From positions 1 through 11,780 of the forward strand of contig CBDURU010000112.1 of NCBI GenBank assembly GCA_965369865.1: 11,780 nt of DNA, given 5' to 3'. The first letter of the stretch is position 1, and each line of letters opens with the position of its first letter. Made by a program: the position numbers and the translations under genes. Positions 1 through 7,078 of this stretch are shown piece by piece. The DNA comes from an uncultured bacterium. Lineage in GTDB: Bacteria; JAJVIF01; JAPKYR01. The notes under the pieces were generated by a model. That model worked only from the letters and a program-made list of their open reading frames with translations, was not told the DNA's origin and searched no databases.

Positions 1-135
1 CTTGCTGCGCCCTGGTCCAAATTCAGGCTTTTGCAACGGTCTCAATAAAGTAATTGTTACCGAATAATGGACTTTTAAATCGCCATGGGGTTTACACGCT
101 GACATCAGAAATATATCCAGGGACTTACATAATGG

Positions 136-184
136 AAAGCCCCGGTTCGTATTGTCCTTATGACTGTCCGAACCGGGGTTTTTT
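136..184 (+). terminator. Intrinsic terminator-like hairpin upstream of pheS
   Basis: CCCCGGTTCG (140-149) pairs perfectly with CGAACCGGGG (169-178), with an imperfect inner extension, followed by TTTTTT (179-184). AAAG on the 5' side. Confidence 0.7.
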
Positions 185-232
185 CTATGGATGTAAAATC
201 CTGGAAGTCCTGTCAAACGGGGAATCAATATA

Positions 233-241
233 TGGTAGGAT
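233..241 (+). promoter_or_regulatory. Possible extended -10 promoter for pheS (TG-G-TAGGAT)
   Basis: TGn plus a TAnnnT hexamer about 45 nt upstream of the pheS ATG and downstream of the terminator. No convincing -35 at 17 bp spacing. Confidence 0.3.
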
Positions 242-284
242 AACGTCCGATCCATCGTTATTGCCTTGAAATAAGCTGATCGTC

Positions 285-1301
285 ATGTCAGACCACATGA
301 AAAAACTCGAACAAATTCAAGCCCGGATTGATTCTATCCAGGAAATTGCCGACAAATCATCCCTCGAATCGCTGAGGAAGGAACTGCTCGGCAAAGGCGG
401 GACATTTCAAACTCTGCTGAAAGAGTTGAAAAGCGTCCCGAAGGATGACCGTCCGGAGTTCGGGAAGAAGGTTAACGAACTGAAAAACCGGGCCGCGGAA
501 GCCCTTGAGAATCGTTTCAAAGAATTACAGGACACTCTGGGCGAGGATGTCAGCGATCTCGACTACACTCTTCCCGGTATTACTCCCTCGTACGGAAAAT
601 TACATCTCCTGACGCAAACGCTCGACCAGATTCTCGGCGTTTTCCAGGACCAGGGTTTCCATGTTGTTGAAGGCCCCGACATAGAGGATGAATGGCACAA
701 TTTCGACGCGCTGCGAATGACCATCGACCATCCCGCGCGCGACACCCAGGATTCGTTCTACCTCGGCGAGGATCGGCTACTGAAAACTCATACATCCCCG
801 ATGCAGATTCGATATATGGAAGAATACCCTCTGCCGATCCAGATGGTGGCGCCCGGTTACTGCTTCCGCCGCGACCCGTTCACGTCCAGGCACTCACCCA
901 CATTTGTTCAGGTTGAAGCCCTGATGATCGATGAGGGCATAACATTCGCGCACCTCAAAGCGGTCCTTAATGAATTTTGCCGGGGATATTTCGGACGCGA
1001 TATCCGTACACGGTTCCGCCCTGACTTCTTCCCGTTCGTTGAGCCGGGATGCGAGATCGCGATTTCGTGCCCGTTCTGCAAGGGCGATGGATGCAGGGTT
1101 TGCTCGATGTCCGGCTGGATCGAAATCCTTGGAGCGGGGATGGTCCATCCTAGAGTGCTTGAAAATTGCAATATTGACCCTGTGGTAAACACCGGGTTCG
1201 CATTCGGGATGGGGGTCGAACGTCCCGCGATGATCCGGTACGGCATTGACGATATCAGGTATTTCTATGAGAACGATTTCAGGTTCCTGGAGCAGTTCTG
1301 A
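285..1301 (+). CDS. pheS: Phenylalanine--tRNA ligase alpha subunit
   Basis: 338 aa. N-terminal coiled coil (LLGKGG...RPEFGKKVN), NFDAL..DHPARDTQDSFY, THTSPMQIR, motif 2 FRRD...HSP.F.QVE, FPFVEP, CPFC..GCRVC, GWIEILGAGMVHP, motif 3 GFAFGMGVER, DDIRYFYEND.RFL.QF. Start could alternatively be ATG 297. Confidence 0.98.
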   Translation: MSDHMKKLEQIQARIDSIQEIADKSSLESLRKELLGKGGTFQTLLKELKSVPKDDRPEFGKKVNELKNRAAEALENRFKELQDTLGEDVSDLDYTLPGITPSYGKLHLLTQTLDQILGVFQDQGFHVVEGPDIEDEWHNFDALRMTIDHPARDTQDSFYLGEDRLLKTHTSPMQIRYMEEYPLPIQMVAPGYCFRRDPFTSRHSPTFVQVEALMIDEGITFAHLKAVLNEFCRGYFGRDIRTRFRPDFFPFVEPGCEIAISCPFCKGDGCRVCSMSGWIEILGAGMVHPRVLENCNIDPVVNTGFAFGMGVERPAMIRYGIDDIRYFYENDFRFLEQF

Positions 1302-1325
1302 CTTAAAAACATTCGGAGCTTATAC

Positions 1326-3803
1326 ATGCAAGTACCAATCGGATGGCTTAAGGAATATATCCCTTTCGATTACGATATCGATGAACTTGGCCGTATCCTG
1401 ACCTCGATCGGTCTTGAGTCCGAAAGTTTTACGCCTGAACCCCTGAACTTCAATAACGTTTTTATCGCGAAAATTATTTACCGCGATAAAACCCCCGACG
1501 ATCGGGGATTCATCTACACTGTTGAGGTCGGTGACACTGGCGGCGTTCTTGCATCGACACAAGCGACAATTTTCTCAACGATCCCCGACATGGAAATCGG
1601 AGTGAAATACCCGGTCGCGCTTCCGGGTGGAAGGGTTGGGGAGCTTGAAATCGATGAACGAAAATATGAGACATATACAAGCCAGGGGAAATTCTGCTGC
1701 GCAACTGAACTTGAACTTACAAAACTTGAATTCGTTGAACATAAAGACGGGACGGTCGTATGGGTGGATGATCTTCAGGATACTGACGGCCGGGCGCTCT
1801 CGATTTTTCCCGATTGTGAGGACCTTGATATCGGTACGGACCTCGCGAAGTGGCTGATGGATGATCCCGCTGTAACTATCGAACTGACCAGCAATCGCGG
1901 CGACTGCCATTGCATGCTCGGTGTTTCGCGCGAGATGCAGGTTGTCACGGGTGCGGACCTTAAAGCTCCGGTAATTTCTGAAAGTATCGACGAAGCCGCC
2001 TCGCAGGTGGAGGACATTACAATCGTTATTGATGATCCGGATGGGTGCATGTTGTACGCGGGGTTAATTATCGACAACATTCGCATGGCGCCAGGCCCCC
2101 TTTGGCTGGCAAAAAAACTCTTCACCGTCGGGCTCCGGCCTATCAGTAATATTGTTGATATCACAAACCTCGCCCTGTACGAATTCGGACAGCCATTGCA
2201 CGCGTTCGATCTTGCGTTGATCAAAGGCCGGAAAATCATTGTCCGACGCGCGAAAGACGGGGAGACAATGTCCACGATCGACGGGATCGTTCGCAAACTT
2301 ACCCCCGCCGACCTTGTAATTGCAGACAGCGTGGACCCGGTCGCGATCGCCGGGGTGATGGGCGGTTACGCGTCGGAGGTCACCGGCGATACTAAAAAAG
2401 TTTTGCTTGAAAGCGCCTGGTTCGATCCTGTCAGCGTCAGGAGAACCTCACGGCGCCTGGCATTGCGTACCGAAGCCGCCATCCGGTTTGAAAAAGGGAT
2501 CGATCCCAATGGCGTTGTACGGGCTGCTAAACGGGTGGCGGAACTTGTGAATCAACTCAGGTGCGGTGATCCGGCGCCCGCGATGGCGGTAACCCGCGCA
2601 AGGGAAGAAAAGGTAATTGTCATTCCTCTGGACGAAGCGCTTATCGGGAAGGTTCTTGGCGATGAAATTCCGACCGGGCAGGTTGAAACGATTCTTGAAA
2701 ATCTTGGGTTTCTCGTCGATGGCATCGCGCCCGGCTTGAAGATAACAGTCCCGAGTTTCAGGCGTGATATTTTTATCGCGGAAGATGTGATTGAGGAAAT
2801 CGCGCGTCATGTCGGTTACGACAACCTTGCCGAAGAATTACCCAGAATACATATGCGTACCGGCCTGGTCGATGACGACATCAGGCTCCGGGGCGAAATT
2901 AAAAACCGCCTTGCCGGGATTGGACTCTGGGAACTCAACAGTTTCCCGCTTCAGAGCGACGCGGTTGTCGAGCGTCCAAACCACCTGGTACCCGGAGGTA
3001 AACCCGCGAAAATCACAAATCCGATCAGCGAGGATGCAAATAACCTTCGAATCTCCCTGGTTCCCGGAGTGGTGGATACATTCATCCGTAATCTTAAACG
3101 GGGAGCTCCGATACATGATGTATTCGAGCTCGGAAAGGTGTACTGGCACGATGGCACCGATTTCAGGGAACGGCATGAAATAATAATCGGCTGCCTTGGT
3201 GAGCGAACCGGTAAGAAAAAGCTGAGGAATCGGGAGAGTGGTTTCCTAAAATTGAAGGGATACGTAGAGACATTTTTAGAAATCATTGGAATCGGAAGTT
3301 ATGAAATAATCAGCGATGAAAAGGCACCATCATTGACTCCGCGATACTTTATCAGGGCAAGGGATGAAATTATCGGCGTTATTGAAATGATCCATGAGGA
3401 CTCACTCCACGGGGAAACTTTCGAAAGACCGGTATTCACAATGATGATCCCATGGGAAACAGTCCGTGAGGCATATGAAAAACAGATTGCCGGCAAGACT
3501 TTCCACCAGTTGCCTATTTTCCCCGCTGCCGAACGTGACCTCGCTTTTGTGTTCAATGAAGCTGTAGCATACAGGCGTGTGATTGAATCGATACATATGG
3601 CAGCTGGTGATTATCTCTTAAGCGCCGAGGTTTTCGATACTTATCGCGGTAATCAGATCGGTGAAAATAAAAAAAATATCGCTCTGAATCTCAGGTTCCG
3701 CCACCCGGAAAGGACACTGACGGATGAGGAAGTCGACGGCTGGATTGCCGATATTATTAAACTTGTCGAACAGAATACACAGGGCAAACTCCGCGACTGG
3801 TAG
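1326..3803 (+). CDS. pheT: Phenylalanine--tRNA ligase beta subunit
   Basis: 825 aa directly after pheS, GGAG RBS. M.VP..WLKEY, ELTSNRGD, GLRPISNIVDITN...EFGQPLHAFD, AIAGVMGG..SEV, LLESAWF, RFEKGID, PSFRRDI...EDVIEEIAR..GY, NPISED...LR.SL, C-terminal FDX-ACB domain (FP..ERDLAF...FDTYRG...RTLTDEEV). Confidence 0.98.
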   Translation: MQVPIGWLKEYIPFDYDIDELGRILTSIGLESESFTPEPLNFNNVFIAKIIYRDKTPDDRGFIYTVEVGDTGGVLASTQATIFSTIPDMEIGVKYPVALPGGRVGELEIDERKYETYTSQGKFCCATELELTKLEFVEHKDGTVVWVDDLQDTDGRALSIFPDCEDLDIGTDLAKWLMDDPAVTIELTSNRGDCHCMLGVSREMQVVTGADLKAPVISESIDEAASQVEDITIVIDDPDGCMLYAGLIIDNIRMAPGPLWLAKKLFTVGLRPISNIVDITNLALYEFGQPLHAFDLALIKGRKIIVRRAKDGETMSTIDGIVRKLTPADLVIADSVDPVAIAGVMGGYASEVTGDTKKVLLESAWFDPVSVRRTSRRLALRTEAAIRFEKGIDPNGVVRAAKRVAELVNQLRCGDPAPAMAVTRAREEKVIVIPLDEALIGKVLGDEIPTGQVETILENLGFLVDGIAPGLKITVPSFRRDIFIAEDVIEEIARHVGYDNLAEELPRIHMRTGLVDDDIRLRGEIKNRLAGIGLWELNSFPLQSDAVVERPNHLVPGGKPAKITNPISEDANNLRISLVPGVVDTFIRNLKRGAPIHDVFELGKVYWHDGTDFRERHEIIIGCLGERTGKKKLRNRESGFLKLKGYVETFLEIIGIGSYEIISDEKAPSLTPRYFIRARDEIIGVIEMIHEDSLHGETFERPVFTMMIPWETVREAYEKQIAGKTFHQLPIFPAAERDLAFVFNEAVAYRRVIESIHMAAGDYLLSAEVFDTYRGNQIGENKKNIALNLRFRHPERTLTDEEVDGWIADIIKLVEQNTQGKLRDW

Positions 3804-3823
3804 CCCGAGTAAATTATAACCAG

Positions 3824-4981
3824 ATGACCACTCACGAACATTTCATGGCACGGGCGATAGAACTCGCCTGGAGGGGGATCGGCCGTAACAGCCCCAATCC
3901 CCTCGTCGGATGTGTAATAGTGCGTGATGATGAGATCGTCGCTGAGGGCAGCCATTATTATCCCGACATAGAGCACGCTGAAATTGTCGCGCTTAAAAAG
4001 GCTGCTGAGAATGCAAAAGGCGCCACGCTGTATGTCACAATCGAGCCGTGCTGCCATACCGGAAGAACTCCGCCTTGCTGCCATTCCATTATTAAAGCAG
4101 GGGTTTCTAAAGTGTTCTATGGTGTGAACGATCCGGATATAAGAGTCAACGGAGGTGGCCATCGGGCACTTGCCGACGGCGGTATAGAAGTTACAGGTGG
4201 GGTTCTTGAAAATGAGTGTCGCGAACTGAATAAATTTTTCCTGACCGCCAAGGGTAGTAACCGCCCGTTTATCCTGTTGAAATGGGCGATGACACTCGAT
4301 GGGAAAATCGCGACACGCACCGGCAAAAGCCAGTGGATCAGCGGTGAACGGAGCAGGAACGCGACTCACCACCTGCGTAATATTTACGACGCGGTACTTG
4401 CCGGGCATACTACTGTTATTATCGATAATCCCAGCTTGACATGCAGGGTCGACCAGGCTGTTCCACTTCCGGAAGAATTGTTCCCGGCTGTGCCCGGCGA
4501 TGTTCGCAATCCGGTTCGAATTGTTATCGATACTTTTGGGGCGACAATCGCTCACAAATGCGGGATATATAATCAGCCCGGAAAAACCATCGTCGCTATC
4601 GGACCGGAGCCGGCAGGGGACGATTCCAGCTTCCGGGATTCAATCGACGGGGAAAAAATCGAGCTTCTTGAATGTCCAATAGCAGCCGGGCATATCGATC
4701 TTGAATTCCTGATGCGTGAACTTGTCGAAAGGGATATTCAAAGCGTGTTGGTTGAAGGCGGAAGCGGTGTCCATGCAGCATTTCTTGATGAAGGCCTTGC
4801 CGATGAAATCCTGTGTGTCGTGGGATCAAAAATTTTTGGCGGCGATACAGCACCGTCGCCCGTAAGCGGAACAGGTATCGAGAAAGTGGTCAACGCGGTG
4901 CAACTGTCGGAACCAAAGCATTTGAGAATCGACAATGATTTGATGATTCATGGTAAAGTTAAATTTCCATCGAAGGATTAG
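3824..4981 (+). CDS. ribD: Bifunctional diaminohydroxyphosphoribosylaminopyrimidine deaminase / 5-amino-6-(5-phosphoribosylamino)uracil reductase
   Basis: 385 aa. PNPLVGCVIV, Zn-deaminase HAE and EPCCH.GRTPPC, reductase domain KWAMTLDGKIA...SQWIS, DNPSLTCR, SVLVEGG. Confidence 0.97.
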   Translation: MTTHEHFMARAIELAWRGIGRNSPNPLVGCVIVRDDEIVAEGSHYYPDIEHAEIVALKKAAENAKGATLYVTIEPCCHTGRTPPCCHSIIKAGVSKVFYGVNDPDIRVNGGGHRALADGGIEVTGGVLENECRELNKFFLTAKGSNRPFILLKWAMTLDGKIATRTGKSQWISGERSRNATHHLRNIYDAVLAGHTTVIIDNPSLTCRVDQAVPLPEELFPAVPGDVRNPVRIVIDTFGATIAHKCGIYNQPGKTIVAIGPEPAGDDSSFRDSIDGEKIELLECPIAAGHIDLEFLMRELVERDIQSVLVEGGSGVHAAFLDEGLADEILCVVGSKIFGGDTAPSPVSGTGIEKVVNAVQLSEPKHLRIDNDLMIHGKVKFPSKD

Positions 4982-4984
4982 CGA

Positions 4985-5632
4985 ATGTTCACAGGAATAG
5001 TTCGAGAAACGGGGACAGTTGTTTCGGCCATCCATGAAACCGATCTCATTCGTTTTGAGATTGAGTGTCCCGGCATTCGACCTGGTATCGGCATCGGCGA
5101 TTCCATCTCCATCGACGGCTGCGACCTGACCGCCACATCGCTGACCACAAACGGTTTCAAATGCGACGCGACAAAGGAAACCCTCATTAAAACAACCCTG
5201 TCCGACCTTGGACCTGGCTCGGTAATTAACCTGGAACCATCATTAACGCCATCCACGCCAATCTCAGGACATTTCGTGCTGGGGCATATCGATGGAGTCG
5301 GCACCGTTCGGAATTTCAAACGTCAGGGTGACCAGGCCGAATTTGTAATTATTCCGCCAGAAGATTTACTGAAATTCATCGCCCCGAAAGGCTCTATTAC
5401 AGTAGCCGGTGTCGGACTAACGGTTGTCGATGTCACCCGCGATTCGTTTTCATGCTGGGTGATCCCCTTCACTCTCGAAAATACAACATTCGCAGAAATA
5501 AAACCCGGTGACAAGGTTAACTTGGAAGTCGATGTACTCGCCCGCTACGTCATCCGTGCATTAGAATCCGGCGTATCTCATCAGGCTTCCGGCATTACCG
5601 AAGAATTCTTAAAAAAGCATGGGTTTCAGTAA
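4985..5632 (+). CDS. ribE: Riboflavin synthase (alpha chain; RibE, RibC in E. coli nomenclature)
   Basis: 215 aa. Diagnostic MFTGIV N-terminus, two lumazine-binding repeats (GDSISIDG..LT...INLE and KGSITV.GV.LT...IPFT...GDKVNLEVD.LARYV), GHFVLGHIDG. 3 bp after the ribD stop. Confidence 0.96.
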   Translation: MFTGIVRETGTVVSAIHETDLIRFEIECPGIRPGIGIGDSISIDGCDLTATSLTTNGFKCDATKETLIKTTLSDLGPGSVINLEPSLTPSTPISGHFVLGHIDGVGTVRNFKRQGDQAEFVIIPPEDLLKFIAPKGSITVAGVGLTVVDVTRDSFSCWVIPFTLENTTFAEIKPGDKVNLEVDVLARYVIRALESGVSHQASGITEEFLKKHGFQ

Positions 5633-5636
5633 ATAG

Positions 5637-5672
5637 GTCACCTACAGAAACCAGGATGGTTTTGTAGGCGGC
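5637..5672. terminator. Stem-loop immediately after ribE (possible terminator or RNA-stabilising hairpin)
   Basis: CCTACAGAAACCA (5641-5653) pairs with TGGTTTTGTAGG (5657-5668) with one bulge, extendable imperfectly to 5637/5672. No clean U-tract directly after it. Confidence 0.45.
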
Positions 5673-5682
5673 ACCCGGATTT

Positions 5683-5822
5683 TGTATAGGGGACTGGCTC
5701 ACAAATTTACCGGCTGTATAGGGGACTGGCTCTTGTATAGAGGACTGGCTCTTGTATAGGGGACTGGCTCTTGTATAGGGGACTGGCTCTTGTATAGGGG
5801 ACTGGCTCACAAATTTACCGGC
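5683..5822. repeat. Tandem repeat array: six copies of the 18-bp core TGTATAGGGGACTGGCTC
   Basis: Cores start at 5683, 5715, 5734 (one G>A), 5753, 5772 and 5791. Copies 2-5 are followed by a single T (19-bp period). Copies 1 and 6 are followed by the same 14-mer ACAAATTTACCGGC (32-bp unit). Confidence 0.95.
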
Positions 5823-5879
5823 TGCGGAGATGATGAAAATTTTCTAAAAGGTGCCCGGTAAATTTGAGTGCCTGTCCCC
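5797..5879. repeat. Imperfect 25-bp inverted repeat (REP/MITE-like palindromic element)
   Basis: GGGGACTGGCTCACAAATTTACCGG (5797-5821, also at 5689-5713) versus CCGGTAAATTTGAGTGCCTGTCCCC (5855-5879): 22/25 complementary, 33-nt spacer. Confidence 0.85.
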
Positions 5880-5891
5880 GGTGATGAATCC

Positions 5892-7061
5892 TTACTTCTT
5901 AAAAACCACGCCAAGGAATTTCTCTATCTCTTCCCACTCGTTATAAAAATGCGGACTTACCCGCACAAGCCCCATCCTTACCGCCGCCTTGACTTTCGCT
6001 TCATCAAGAGCTTCGGAAAGCCGATCGGCATTATCCCAGCCGGTCGATTTCGCATCGAATGTAATAATTGCTGCACGATCGTTGTCATCACGCGGTGTTA
6101 CAACTTCTGCACCTCGCCCGGTTAATTCATCGTGAAGTTTCCCGGTCAGCTCAATCAGATAATTATTAGTATTTTTCACGCCGAGATCGAGAAGCATTTT
6201 CACATTTGGATTGATCCCATAGTGAGAGAGATTTGCCGGACACCCGCACTCGATTACACTCCCGGTTTTAACGAGTTCCTGGTCGTAATCGAAAAAGTTC
6301 CATGGGTTCGCGACAGAAAACATTCCCATCTGCGGGAGCTTAATTTTATCCAGATCCTCCTGCCCTATATAAACTGTCCCGATTCCCATCGGACCGAACA
6401 TCCACTTGAAACTGCCAAAACATAGTGCATGGCATCCCAGTTCCTTTACATCTACCTCGACCGGCCCGACCGCCTGGATTGCATCGACAACAAGGAAAAC
6501 CCCGGCTTCCCTGCATGCTTTTGATAATTTGGCGATGTCGAGCCTTTGGCCTGTAAGAAAATTGACCAGAGGTACGATCATCATTTTCGTACGATCATCA
6601 ATCGCGTCGATCAGCCTGTCCACCGATATCAATCTGTCCTCACCCTCCACGATCCGGGCTTCGATTCCCCACTGCTCAAGAAGTTTCGCGGGCATAACAA
6701 TCGATGGGAAACACCGGTCGGGAACGATGATATTGTCACCCGGTTTCCAGTCCATGGCGTGTGTAAACATCGAGAGCGACAGGGAAGTATTGAAATTGAA
6801 TCCTATCTCATTCGGGCTCGCGTTCAGAAGCTTCCCCATCAGCTTCCTTGTCAGATCATGCTCTTCAGCCCATTTGTCGTATCCCCACATCGGACCTTCA
6901 TTGAGCGTCGTGGCGAACCGGTTCATATTTTCTATCGATGATGTCGACCATGGTCCGTGCGAGGCGTGGTTAAGGTATGTTTCATGCTGGAGAACCGGGA
7001 ATTCTTTGCGATAGAATTTCCGCTTCTCGTGAAAATCCATGTTTTGTGTTGATTCATTCAT
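5892..7061 (-). CDS. Aminotransferase class V-fold PLP-dependent enzyme (cysteine desulfurase-like fold, lacking the canonical catalytic Cys loop)
   Basis: 389 aa. RKEFP...YLNHASHGP, NTS, WKPGDNI, VVDAIQAVG, PLP lysine in GSFKWMFGPMGIG, C-terminal VRVSPHFYN..EEI. Start could be ATG 7040. Confidence 0.9.
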   Translation of the reverse strand: MNESTQNMDFHEKRKFYRKEFPVLQHETYLNHASHGPWSTSSIENMNRFATTLNEGPMWGYDKWAEEHDLTRKLMGKLLNASPNEIGFNFNTSLSLSMFTHAMDWKPGDNIIVPDRCFPSIVMPAKLLEQWGIEARIVEGEDRLISVDRLIDAIDDRTKMMIVPLVNFLTGQRLDIAKLSKACREAGVFLVVDAIQAVGPVEVDVKELGCHALCFGSFKWMFGPMGIGTVYIGQEDLDKIKLPQMGMFSVANPWNFFDYDQELVKTGSVIECGCPANLSHYGINPNVKMLLDLGVKNTNNYLIELTGKLHDELTGRGAEVVTPRDDNDRAAIITFDAKSTGWDNADRLSEALDEAKVKAAVRMGLVRVSPHFYNEWEEIEKFLGVVFKK

Positions 7062-7078
7062 CTGGAAAATTTCCGGTA

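Noticed and set aside
1..105. Minus-strand frame from ATG 105 open to the window edge (MSACKPHGDLKVHY...), or the 3' end of a plus-strand gene
   Set aside because: Too short to evaluate. None of the frames I translated resembles a protein I recognise, including RplT.
60..184. T-box riboswitch for pheS
   Set aside because: No T-box consensus (GGTGGNACC) before the terminator and no recognisable Stem I motifs.
54..269. 71-aa ORF upstream of pheS as a leader peptide or small gene
   Set aside because: TTG start without an RBS, runs through the terminator hairpin, no recognisable motif. Its FF codons come from the terminator T-tract.
3810..3823. Internal leaderless promoter for ribD (TAAATT or TATAAC before the ATG)
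   Set aside because: Weak match with no TG extension or -35. TATAAC is only 3 nt from the ATG, and read-through from pheT explains expression.
3653..4555. 300-aa antisense ORF over pheT/ribD
   Set aside because: Shadow frame fully overlapping two confident genes, with no recognisable domain.
5595..5810. 71-aa minus-strand ORF with repeated SQS.IQEPVPYT
   Set aside because: It is simply a translation of the DNA tandem repeat, whose 19-bp period is not a multiple of 3, and it overlaps the ribE end.
5683..5822. CRISPR array
   Set aside because: Repeats are only 18 bp and are separated by 1 nt or by an identical 14-mer. There are no unique spacers and no cas genes in the window.
6406..7014. 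202-aa plus-strand ORF, and similar antisense ORFs at 1775-2296 and 10155-10712
   Set aside because: Ser/Ile-rich antisense shadows of well-supported genes.
5892..7061. Calling the PLP enzyme sufS/iscS or a lysine aminotransferase partner of ALDH7
   Set aside because: The catalytic Cys motif is absent, and lysine 6-aminotransferases are class III, not class V.
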